Shown piece by piece: positions 40,148 to 52,600 of a DNA stretch of 64,000 bases. A program made the position numbers and the translations under genes. This DNA is from Antedon mediterranea (Eukaryota > Animalia > Echinodermata), in NCBI RefSeq assembly GCF_964355755.1, contig NC_092677.1:10128101-10192100 (forward strand). Direction: 5' to 3'. A model generated the notes under the pieces. The model did not search any database. It was given only the letters and a program-made list of their open reading frames with translations, and had not been told where the DNA came from. How positions within the stretch are numbered: the stretch's first letter is position 1; each line of letters starts with the position of its first letter.

Positions 40148-40887
40148 TTATGCCTTTCTACTGAGGACGTATTCACTGAACTGGGAACCTTCTAAGCCAC
40201 CGCCACTAGATGCGACTACATTAAACCCTGTCTGTAGAAATCGTTGTAATACCTGTACCATATTTAATTTACAGTAACCATTAAGTGGAAATCGTCTCAC
40301 GTAATTATTCTCTTGCGTCCAGCCGTAGTTGCTACCTGCCGAGTTACACATAACGCTGCCAACCTCTGGAAACACTTCGTGAATCATGTTTGTATCGCCG
40401 CTTATGTTTATCCGTTCACCGCAGTCCGGCGTCGTCTGAATTATGACGCATTCGTGTTCCGTACGTTCGATCTTCGCGGTTATCTTTTCCTTTTGGTTAA
40501 TTCCTAAACGTAAATTATCCATAGCCAATAACATTTCGGTGAGTTCGTAATATCTCACTTCTTCGTAAAGAGCGTCCATTTCTTTAAAATCAGACGGTAA
40601 ATTCAGTTTACATGTACGCAGAAAGTTCAGAACGTTTCGAAAGAGCAAACCGTCTCTGTCGATGAAGTAGTGTTGCTTAAGACCGTCTAGAACTATTGGT
40701 ATGTGTCCAGTAAACAGTTTACCAATCTTTGAGTTAGGATATTTTGTTAGTGTTTCTAGTGATGACGTGTACATAGTTCCTCCGACGTCGATGTGGACTG
40801 GTGCCGTCTGCCGATGTAGTGGTGCCACTCGTGGAACACCTTGTGGAGATGGTGAACTGCATGGTGAGGACATTATCGTTCTTGAAT
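40148..40887 (-). CDS. KCTD15: KCTD1/KCTD15-like BTB/POZ protein, main coding exon. Candidate upstream coding exon 42760-42718 (MKAAKARRLNEYNG, phase 1); candidate 5' UTR exon ending ~45266
   Basis: APVHIDVGGTMYTSSLETLTKYP..IVLDGLKQHYFIDRDG..FPLNGYCKLNMVQVLQR..FSEYVLSR. Acceptor ttgcctag at 40888. The upstream exons are less certain, and this is likely a co-ortholog of KCTD1 and KCTD15. Confidence 0.92.
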
Positions 40888-41774
40888 CTAGGCAATGGCA
40901 ATATAAGTAACACAATTAGATCAGACGTGCATTTTTTTCGTCGTTACCTGTCGAATCTAGGATAGGGCCTAAATGATTTGTCGTCGTATCATCGGTATCG
41001 TCACTGACGTCATCTTTGGTTTTGGTCTTCACTATCATCTTCATAATTGTGGCACTGTGAGATCTCTGTCGTCAACACTCATAATCTATGGATACGGTAG
41101 GATGTCGTCGTTGTTATCTTTGGTACGTCCTGTCGTCATTAACTGTTATCTATGGTACGCCCTGTCGGCATTAACAAGGCAATTAGTCTAAGGTATCTTG
41201 CCTAATGATACAACCCGTACACACCTGATATTCCCAAACAGTCTCTCGTTCACTTTCTACACCCGACCCAACGTTCATTTTTAACTTGTGATCTGACTTT
41301 ATTGCCGTATTACGGTCAGTTCTCTGTCGTCATAAATTTTTTTATCACTGTCATCGAACATTTATTTAGTAGTAAATCTAATATTATGATACATTTTCTG
41401 TGTTCAATAAATTCAAGAAAGCATTACGTATGCTGCTCCCGATTATTTTTGCTTAATAATAAAGTCTAATTACGTTGATATATTTAAAGTATTGAAGTCG
41501 TATGTTCCGGATTCTATCGGTTGTAATCGATGATGCTGTCAAACTACTGACAACATGTCTAAGCCAGTTTAGTAATATAAATTAAGGAGATAATATTAGA
41601 TTAGTGTTCTTCACTACTTTCTAGAGAAAATATTACTTTAGAGATAATATTGTACAAGGTGGTCCCTTTAATAATGTATACGGCACTGTGACATCGCAAG
41701 ATCGGTAATTGGAACGTATTATACACTATACAGTTCGTGCGAATTCAAGATTTAAGACATTTTATTTGTCCATT

Positions 41775-42575
41775 TTGGAACTTGGAACACATCACCAGAA
41801 TTTGGAACACATCACCAGAACTTGGAACACATCAACAGAATTTTCAACACATCACCATCATTGTGATGCAAACATTAGGCCTACATTGGTTCACATCACA
41901 ATAATTTGGAACACATCGAAGGAATTTGGAACATCAGCATAATTTTGAAAACATCACAGGAATTTGGAACACATCAGCAGAATTTTGATCACATCACCGG
42001 AAATTGGAACACATTAGCAGAATTCTGAACACATCGCCGGAATTTGGAACACATCAGCAGAATTTTTAACACATCATTGTGGTATAAACATTAAATTGGT
42101 TCACATCACCAGCATTTGGAACACATCACCAGAACTTGGAACACATCAACAGAATTTGGAACACATCACCAGAATTTGGAACACATCACCAGAACTTGGA
42201 ACACATCAACAGAATTTTCAACACATCACCATCATTGTGATACAAACATTAGGCCTACATTGGTTCACATCACAATAATTTGGAACACATCACAGGAATT
42301 TGGAACACATCACAGGAATTTGGAACATCAGCATAATTTTGAAAACATCACAGGAATTTGGAACACATCAGCAGAATTTTGATCACATCACCGGAAATTG
42401 GAACACGTTAGCAGAATTCTGAACACATCGCCGGAATTTGGAACACATCAGCAGAATTTTTAACACATCCTTGTGGTATAAACATTAAATTAGTTCACAT
42501 CACCAGCATTTGGAACACATCAACAGAATTTTGAACACATCACAGGAATTTGGAACATAGCAGAATTTGGAACAA
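41775..42575 (+). repeat. 21-bp minisatellite with a ~400-bp higher-order duplication
   Basis: Units of ttggaacacatcaccagaa(t/c)t; the interrupting block cattgtgat..aacattaggcctacattggttcacatc recurs at ~41860 and ~42233. Confidence 0.92.
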
Positions 42576-45500
42576 CATTAAGTTTTCAACACGTGCACAT
42601 CCTTAAGCATATTATTGTAATAGTCGTTAATGTATACGAAAGTTTGTTACAAGGTTACTAAAGATCAAGAAAAACAATGTCATTTTCGTTAATGATTTGT
42701 ATAGTTATATATTTTACCTCCGTTGTATTCGTTTAATCGCCTAGCTTTCGCAGCCTTCATTTGTTCTTGGTCAACCTACGAATTCTGTTCCTCCGGGCGT
42801 TATAGACAGAGAACAAATTTTATACGTATTCTGAAAGAAATAGATATGGAAACATACATTTTAAAATCCTTTCAGTAATTCACTGCGTGATTTAAACTAA
42901 GTGGATAACGACATTCAAAGTAAAACTATATTCAGATCACATTACACCCGATCCTAATGAAAAGATCTTATTCAGATTTGTGTCAAATTTAATTAATACA
43001 AAAACATGAACTCGAAGTAATAATAGAAATACCAGGAACTAATACACGATTGTCTTTGTCATATCTGGTCTTCGGATACATTTTATTTATATACATATAT
43101 TTATTTGAAACGATAAGATGAGGAAATCTGTGAGAATGATAACCGAGATTCGAACCTTAAAAACACATGTAAATAATTGTGTTTATTTACATTGTAACGC
43201 TCACAGTTTTTTTTTTAAATTTTTCTATTTTTTATTTTTTGTTTGCAAATACTGTACATAATATCAACAGACCATGTTTATATTTCAGGAAAATCGATAT
43301 ATTGGTGATGTCGCAAATGCTTATTAAAATCTCGAGTTATCTTTATCTTTAATATAGGCCGAAATAATAAATAGCACGCCCTCTATCGCTCCTGCGTTTT
43401 GCCAATTAAATAAGAATAAGTACTATTGGGGTAATTGAAAAGCTTGATGTGTGATCATAGAGATATTAGTGAGTTGAATAATCACGTAAAGCGACTTTGG
43501 ATGATGATCTTTGGTGGATAGGATCTGTCGCTCGTAATTAGTCAAAACTTGCGTTGCGCTTACGTATGTTCTTGCGTTGCGTCAGTAGAAACCACTAGAA
43601 CGCAAAGCAGTGACGTATCGACGCAAAGTGCTGTATTGCGTAATCACAAGTGGGAACCGACGACGCAATAGTGCTGCAAACATCATAGATTTGATTTCAC
43701 GCAGACGGGGGAAAACACAATTATTGGAAGGGCATTTTCGCACGGCGTTGCGTATCTAGTGGGAACCAAGCTTAAGTTTCTAGTTCTTGGACGCGAGGTG
43801 AAATTACTACTTGCGTCGCGGTCACGTCACGGCGTTGAATTGCGTCCAGTGGAAATCAAGATTGCCATCGTCATACGATTCATTATTTCGACATTATGTC
43901 ATCATCAGGAATCATGCAATACGTTGACATCATAATAAATATAATGGTGACATAATATGAACCGCATTAAGATGACATGTATTCCATTCATTGGAATCTG
44001 TTATACGTTCATTTGTGGACCTTTTAGTTTACATATCTGTTGCTTTCATTCACAAAATATCATCAGTAGAAAGTGGACAGTATGTGCGACACAAATATTA
44101 TTACATACTCCAAAAAATATGCTTAGATATAGCTTCTGCTGCTTCTCCGAGGCTACATTAATAATGAGAATGGCTTAGAACGGACTTGCGACTAATTTTA
44201 TGTCAAATGTCCCGAAGCTAGGCCCGAATCGAAAACTACACTGGCTCCGAGTATTTGCATACATTAATACTATCATCATCCATGTACGTCAGGCGGAATC
44301 TATGACGGTTAGATTTCAATAGAAGATTAAAAAAAACGAGTTATGTATTCAGTATAATAAAGTTAAACTCTTAGTTAATTAAATTGCATGAGTATTTATG
44401 TATCTAGCCTTATATATGGATATAACTTAAAATTAAAAATCATATTATCATATTGGTAGGCCTATGTCACAATAATTATAAGATGATGAATTTAGGATAT
44501 TAATTGTAGATTTTTTTTTTACGAATATTGTTTCTTACTATGACATTTTTGTCATCGTTCTTACCGCGTGTAACATAGAACGGGCAGACTTCCGTTGTTG
44601 TAAGATAGGCATACGGCAAGGAAAACCGTGACGCGATATCGTTTACGGATTTTGCTAAAAAAAGGTGTTTTTTTTGCGCCTTAAAAATAAAAAACGTGTG
44701 TTCATTTGATCGCTAATTCGTTTGTGACATTTATAATTGGCGCCATCAGTAGACCAGTATCGCGATTCAATATTACGAACAATTATAATGAATTAAATAT
44801 TTGCTTATAAATAGTTTACCTTATATATTACGGCAATGGTTTTAAATATGCATTCAAAATCCCTAATAATTGTGTGAAACGCATTGCTGTCTATGTTAGG
44901 GTTTGGCGGAGACACTTGTCGCTACAAACAAGAACTGCACCGCATTTGGTCCCCACGTTGCGTCGTCGCGTCGAATCGACCGATACGTACGCCAAAAAAT
45001 ATCAAAAGGAAACAATTAAAATTAAAATGAAGAAAATGTTTTCTCCACTTTGTTCAGCTAGGCCTATTTATTTTATATATCTGTGAATATCTGACGAGGA
45101 AGCTCGGCTTACTCGCCCATGGCCTCCAGATACATAAATGCTCAGTCAGCCTAAGAACGAACTGTCTTGCATTTGAGTACGAACGCAAATAATTAACAGC
45201 GCCGCTTGTGTTTTCCTATGCCTATTGCGAGGTTTTAATATTTTATACATTAAAACACACTTACCTGCAACGGAACAGTGAAAAAACGTCAAAATAATCA
45301 AAAATATGCTTCAATATTGCGAGAAAATCTTCTTCTGTGAACTGCAAGCAGTAGGAATAATGGTACTCTGGTGAAAACGTAAGCCGCCGGCGATGCTAAA
45401 TGCCGCAGGCGATCACGCACATTTTCAGTCTCGTGAGATGCGGCAATAATTACTAAGCAGGCCGTGGGCTATTTAGCTCTTACGGCAAATAACAATGCAT

Positions 45501-47274
45501 ATACAAATGCAATGATATAAAGCCTCCCTGTATAGGCTTACAAACATCTGAGGTGATTATGATCATGAGGGTTGTTCAGGGGAAGTAAAAAACAACATTT
45601 TAACCACAAATCGACATTATTTTGACAATTATGAATTTTACATTGGAAGTCACTGATTATATTCACATTTAGGCGATGATAATTATTTATGCTCATGGTT
45701 CGCAAGGATTACCGTGATGAATGAGATTTGGTCAACTCCTAGAAGGCCTCTTTACCGCCGCTGGCTAAACTTTTCAGATCGTTTATTCGCCTCGGAAAAG
45801 AAACGTTTTTGAAAGGAAGATTTTACTGTCGAGTTAAACGATCAACATTTTTACATGAATAGAAAGACAGGAGAAGCCAAAGTGATTTAAATCAAAACAG
45901 TATGCATACAAATATAACTGCTTTAGGCTTTCATTATTCATACATAGCCATCGTTAAGTCGGATATACAATATACATAACTTTGCTTTACACCCATATAT
46001 TTCTAATATCATTGCACGAATAATTAAACAATTTTACAAGGAGGAATTAGACACTGGCAATCAATGTATAGCTTAATAGTATGGAGCAACAAAATATAAT
46101 TTTCTGTTCCATGATGCTATTCCCACTACACACAACTGTATGCCTACACGCAATGCAATATTAATTTGACCAATCACATGCGGCATTTCGGATGACGTTT
46201 CCTTGCGGTACGTCTGTGTGCGTCCTAAGTGGTAATATTTATTTACAGAACTTATGTTATCAAGCAAAGTTTATTAACCTGTAAGAAATAAAATGTTCTT
46301 TTCGGATGACGTCTTTTTGCGTAAAAAATACTGTAGGCCTAATCATGTAAAGTATAAAACTGCTTACGAAATAATTATTTATTGTAGGCCACCACCACCA
46401 GCACGTGGAAGTGTACGGTACTGCCTTTCAAGATATAACCAGTCTGTCTATGCAATATAATTTGTAATATAATAATCGCTGATGTATGCATGCCTGCGCA
46501 ATAAAAAAGCAAGTCGTGTTTAAGAACAGAAAAGATAAATATTCAGAAGATATCAAAAAGGAGACATTGCCAAGGCTAAACAGAGCACGTTACGTCGATA
46601 TAATATGTGTTTACAATATTAAGGCTGTTTTGTTAACGTTGAGTTTTTCTTGTCTTACCCTGGGGCTGAGGTGGTTTTAACCGCCTACAGACCAACGGTT
46701 TTCTCCCACCTGTTCGGGGTTAAACGCTTAAGGGGTACAAACATAAAGTAGATTTCGTGAATAGTTAATTTAGGAGAAAGAAAAAGGAATGAAAAGAAAT
46801 GGTCTCTGTCCGATCCGCTTAGTAAGTTGGAATGTGAAAGTAAAACTATTTATTTATTAACCCTCATTTTTTGTTCGAAGCGGTTTCATGCATCACTAAA
46901 CTAAATACCTTTACTGGGCATGCGTAATAATCCAAGACATTTATATAATTAACTTCCCATACTTCATTTACAACAATATATTCCCATTTTTGTTAATTTA
47001 AGAAAACTTTAAAGTCGATAGGGCTCCTAATGTCAATATATTGTTGTTGGTTTAGAAGTGGGAGAGAGGGTACTTTCCTCATCTTTATCGTTTCAAATTA
47101 ATTAATTAAATTTTAGTATATCATCGGGCGGTTTAGAATTAATGTTCTGTGCCTAATGTGTTTATATAAATTATAATTATATTTTTTTATTTGGGAACTA
47201 GTGCTGTCCCGCCGTACCACGCCGAGATTGTTAAAGAGTCGCTATCTAATCGGGTTTGAACTATACCATGAAAG

Positions 47275-47340
47275 CCCCAGTGGTCTAATTTAGGTTAGGA
47301 CATTAGCATATCAAGCAGAAGGTCCGGGTTCGAATCTCAC
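47275..47340 (+). mobile_element. tRNA-derived SINE head or tRNA pseudogene
   Basis: A-box-like AGTGGTCTAA..GG and B-box GGTTCGAATC; no intact acceptor stem. Confidence 0.55.
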
Positions 47341-49691
47341 AGATTTCCTCATCTCATTGTTTCAAATTAATTAATTAAATTTCAGTATATCACCGGGCGG
47401 TTTAGAATTAATGTTCTATGCCTAATGTGTTTATTTATAATTGTTAATAGTATGGGTCATAACTTAACATATTGTAGGTGGAGTCAAAATAGTATGGCGC
47501 GCAAAGTGAGCACGTATAAGTAGGCCTACAGTACTGTTAAAGCCAGAGTTATTGGTTTTTTCCCCAAGGTATAGCCCACGGTCCAGAAGTCAATATACAA
47601 CCTGCTTCCGATATCAGGCTTAAAAATGCATAAAATATTATTAGCGCAATGCTATTTATTATTACCGTATGCGATGTAATGTATTGCCTCGGGATACGGA
47701 CCGTGCTTAACGGTGTAATTATACATTGTGCTTAGGCGGCCTAATGATGCTGGCCAATGTGAACTTAAACAACAACTAGGTCTATGGCAAGACTTCAATG
47801 GAAGCCTATTTGTAGTAGGCCCAAAAATCAACTTAAAGTCTTGTTTCCACTACTCGATTAGGACACTTGAACATGTATGCGCAACGCCAAAAAAAAAAAA
47901 AATAAATAAATAAAAATAAATAAATAAAAAAAATAATAATAATTTCCTAATACTTATTTACCGAAAAATGTGTACTTCAGGCGCGGCTCGATCACAAGCG
48001 ACGACTCATCTGAACTTTGACTTCAGATTGGTCAAATTAATTGCGTTGTACAGTACTTAGGTAATTGGGCCCGCGTGGGAACCGAGCTTAAACATGTTTT
48101 GTACGTAACAAGGACATAGGATAAATTGATATATTGATTAACTAATCGATAATGCCTATACTCTATAGATTAGAGTTGTTAATCGACTAGGATTGAATCT
48201 ATTATCGATTTGTTGAAAAATATTTTATTATTATTATTATTATTGATTTGCAAAATGCCGAAAGTATAATGCCATAAAAAAAATATTTTTTTAAATTGAA
48301 TATCGTGAAATCTATGTGAAACACAATTTCACGAAAATACGACTTAATGTCTATTGGCTATACTATACTGCCGGCAAACACATCACTTTTAAAATCCTTT
48401 CAACTTTGAGATGACACAATAGTCCTTGAGGTATTAGTCAGGCACGACGTTCTCATGATTGTTTATTTGATAATTTGATAATCTCTCCGTTACATTCCTT
48501 TTAAGGCATCACGTAATATAATAATCAGCATACCTGAATGCATGTATTTTTGAAAAAAAGTAATTCATTTTCGCTTTGAAGGATTTAAATTGGAAGTTGT
48601 TTTGTGTATTTTTTAGAAGTAGGATGTATGTTTGTTGTTGGATTTATTTATTTCAATATTATTGTCTTTTCTCTATGGTAAATCTCTCCCTTCCACTAGC
48701 ATAGGGTTAACGTTGATGCATTGACGTCGTATAAGTGATTTGACCAATCAGATCATCCGGAGAACTTCCGCATGTAATTGGTCAAAAGTTACGCGCACCA
48801 AGCTGTTACATAATTTGGAAAAAATGGTAACGTTGAAAGCAAGTTTAAAAAAAAACAGACTAAAAAGGAGAAATAATCAAATATGCCTACCAATGTTGTA
48901 CATTTGTAAAGCTCTGTCTACACTATCAGACTTTATGTGACAACAAATGTGATATGCCCATATATGGACATGATGATGTCATATCACCACCATATTTTGG
49001 CATATAACTACCATATTTGGACACATCACACTTTTTTGTCAAACTAGTTTGATAGTGTAGACGGAGCTTCAAAGACGAACAGCAACACAAACAATTGTTT
49101 TCAGAGAATAGTAATAGATATTTAATTTACTCATCAATAAACAATCTACAATTAATACTGGTACTGTATAATAATGACGTCACACCAAAAACATTGTTGT
49201 TCACAAAGACTACGTCCGTCACAACTCGCGGAACACCCCTATTCAGGGGACACCAATGAAGTGGACATATACCCGCATGAGGGGGCAATATAATTGTTAA
49301 CATTATGGCCAACCCCTATTCAGGAGACATTTCTATTGAAGGGACATTTTGGTGGTTCCCGAAACGGTGTCCCCTTTTAAAGTGTGGTTCCCACTAGCGA
49401 CGCAACGCAAGGACGTAACGCAACGCAAGTGAATTGACCAATCACAAGCGATGGCTTATTCGCTTGTGATTGCTAACTGTCTATAACTTCGCTTGTCATT
49501 TGTTAAAACGCTTGCGTTGCGTTTACGTCCTTGCGTTCTAGTGGGAACCAAGCTTTATATCGGAGTTTTATATTACTGTATTATTTATTTTACTTGAATA
49601 CAAATGTAAAGCACCACACATTTTGTATTATTTAACCATAGGGTCCATTTCGTATTATTTCTTTTTCTTTATTTTTGGATTAATTTAACGT

Positions 49692-52600
49692 CTATTTTTG
49701 TATGTCCTCTTCGATGTCAATGTGCGTTGATGTCTTTCGCAATTTATTTGGTGGTAAAGTTGAATGCCTCTCACTTTCATTGTTTCTTTCGGGTTCTGTA
49801 TTTTCTCTTTTGTTGAACACGTCTATCTTATCATCCCTTTGAGCATCTTCTGTGACCACATCTCCCTCCATATCTATGTGGGTTGATGTTTTTCTTAATC
49901 GTTTAGGATCAGCTGGTTGAGATAAACTAGAGGGCATCTGCTCTTGTTTCACCTGACATTTGGATGTCTGCTGTATCTTCTCACCATCTAGATCTTCATG
50001 CTCAAGTTCTTTATCTTTACATTGAATCATTTTATCATCCGCCTTTTCATTCTTATGTTCGGTGTTTTCTACGTCGCTCTCTAAATCAATGCACGTGGTT
50101 GTCTTTATTAATTTGTTACAATTTGAAGTGAGTGTGTTGTCTGTATCACCCCCGTTAGAAACAATGGTTTGTTCCAATTTAACATCAGCATTAATATTCT
50201 CCTTAACTTTTCCATAATCATCTTGACTACCCTCTTTAGCTGTAATGGGCTGTTCTAATTTGAAATGGTCATCACCAATCTTTGATATATTAGACTGTTC
50301 TATTTTATTAGAGGGGTTAACATTTTCTTTGACTACAATTATATGTTCTTGATCAGGTAACTCACAATGATTGGTCGACTCTTCATTGCCAGTATTGCCT
50401 TGTGATCCTTCACTTGGAACTACTCCATCAGAAGGTTGATGAACGATAACGTTGGGCTCTCCAGATGCATTCTTCATAATGTTTTCCTCAGTAAATGAAT
50501 CCTTATGGTTTTGCATCTCATTAAAATCACTATCGTCATCTTCGCTCTCATCTTGAGGAGGCATCCCGCCCTTCAATATCGTTGCTGCGAGTTTCTTTTT
50601 ACGGGAAACTTGTAGAACGGCATTGAAAAACCTTGGTGTGTTCCTTTTATCAGCTGTGAGTATAGACTCCGCTATAAGTGACTTTCCACGCCGCTTTTTC
50701 TTTGGACCGACACCATTCTCTTCATTTTTCTTAAGAATTTCGCTAAAGAAAAATAAATACATTATTCATCATATGGCAGTAGAGTTAAATATAATTGTTA
50801 TTAGCTTTGATTTGAGCAAAATATAATATAAAAATAAGCACTATATATATACAGGATGCTGTATTTCCACACCTGACAACAGACTATTAAATATTATCTT
50901 GCAATAGGAATTGCATATACTGTATTCTTACTTTGCTTTCTTCTGCAACAGTTCTTGGGCCTCTGGATAATTTACCAATGTCTCATGGAGGGTTTTTTTG
51001 TCCAGGACAAAGAGGTTGGCATACCCTGGTGAATACACATCAGCAGTACGACGATTTCCACCAGACAGGCTTAGGAGGCTGATGACAAAGAGTTTAACAA
51101 ATTTCGTATACCACTTATCAATTAGAGGTGTTCAAGAGAGGTGATCTCCAGGGCAGTTGCAAAACAGCATCTATTAACAGTGGCGTAACGGCTATGAGCG
51201 CTCACTGGTTAAACCCCGGGGACCCAGAGCTTATAGGGACCCATGAGCAGTGCCCAGAGGAAAAGACAGGCATTAAAATATGTCGAAAAAGCTAAAAACG
51301 CCCAAGGCCTCAGCGTTGGAGGGCCACTTAGGGTTCCTAAACCAGGGGCCTCAGATCTCTATGTTACGCCACTGTCTACTATTCACACATGGTGAAGATA
51401 TCTTTAAAATTTTATTTTGTTAGTGAGCATGCATTTGGGAAAAAAAGACCTGCTTAAAATCTCATCTGACGAACGAGACAAGAGTCTTGGTGGTTAGATT
51501 CGATCTGTTTCAGTAACCTACCTTATTTCTCCAAAGACACTGCCAGCATGTAGAGTTGCAAGAACTTTACCCCCTCCTAACACCTGTACCTGTCCACTTT
51601 TAATAATATACATTTCTTTACCAACTTCACCCTTAAAACAGAAAAATACTTTGGGCATATCATATTATATTTTAAACAACATCATGGGAACTCAATGGAA
51701 CAAGGAAGAGAAATATTGAATGAATAGTATGACATTTTAAATTTGTACGTGTTCTATAACTTTTAGTTGGCTTAGTTTTTTAAATTGTAATTGAAATTAA
51801 AATTTCAACAGTTTTTACTCACTTTACGACAAATAAAATCTCCAGGCAAAAATAAAACAGCTCTCAATTTTAGCATCAAATCTCTCAGTAACATCTTATC
51901 ACAGTCCTACAAGATATAGAAAAGTTGAAATTACCGTTGTCCTTGTTAGTTGCTAGCTGGTAGTGTTTCAGTGAAGTTGCTCTTATGGCACACTATCAGT
52001 CTCTGTTATGTAAATATCTGAATGGGTTCTGGCATAGTTTTAATAGGTTGGAAGGAAGAGAAATTTGCTATAACATGTGTTTATATACTTCACCTGGAAC
52101 AGAGATACTTTCGTAAGTGTGTCCATGTGGACATGAATGGCTATATCTGTTTGCATCTTGAGAGGAACTCCAGACAAGATGTCTGCTTCATCTGAAAACA
52201 TTGAAAACAAAGTCTTTCATGTAAAAAATTCATTTACATCCAACAGAAAGTGTCACCAATTACAGGATGGACAAACCATGGAGGTATAAAATTTGATAAA
52301 CTACACTGCTCGAAAGTGTAATTTGAGGCTTAGGAAGTGGATTACAGTAGTATAGTGAGCTAATACAAGCCAAGCACAATGTCAGGATTGAACCCTGGAT
52401 ATTGATATTGGATGGCAAGCATGTTAACCACCAAGCTACAGCTCCAGCTAAATCTACATGTAGCATTTATATATTTAGTTATCATAAATTGAGGCAGGTT
52501 ACTTTTTTCATGTTATTTTATATTCAATAGTGAACTGTGGGTACAGCTCATGAGTGCTACACCTAATCCTAATCCAAGTTAATAGTAGGCCTACATTGTC

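Noticed and set aside
41775-42575. CRISPR-like repeat or repeat-protein ORFs (41709-42382)
   Set aside because: The 21-bp units are contiguous with no spacers; the ORFs are by-products of the minisatellite.
47275-47340. Functional tRNA gene
   Set aside because: Only A/B-box-like motifs are present; the acceptor and anticodon stems do not pair. The same applies to the copies at 52375 and 55487.
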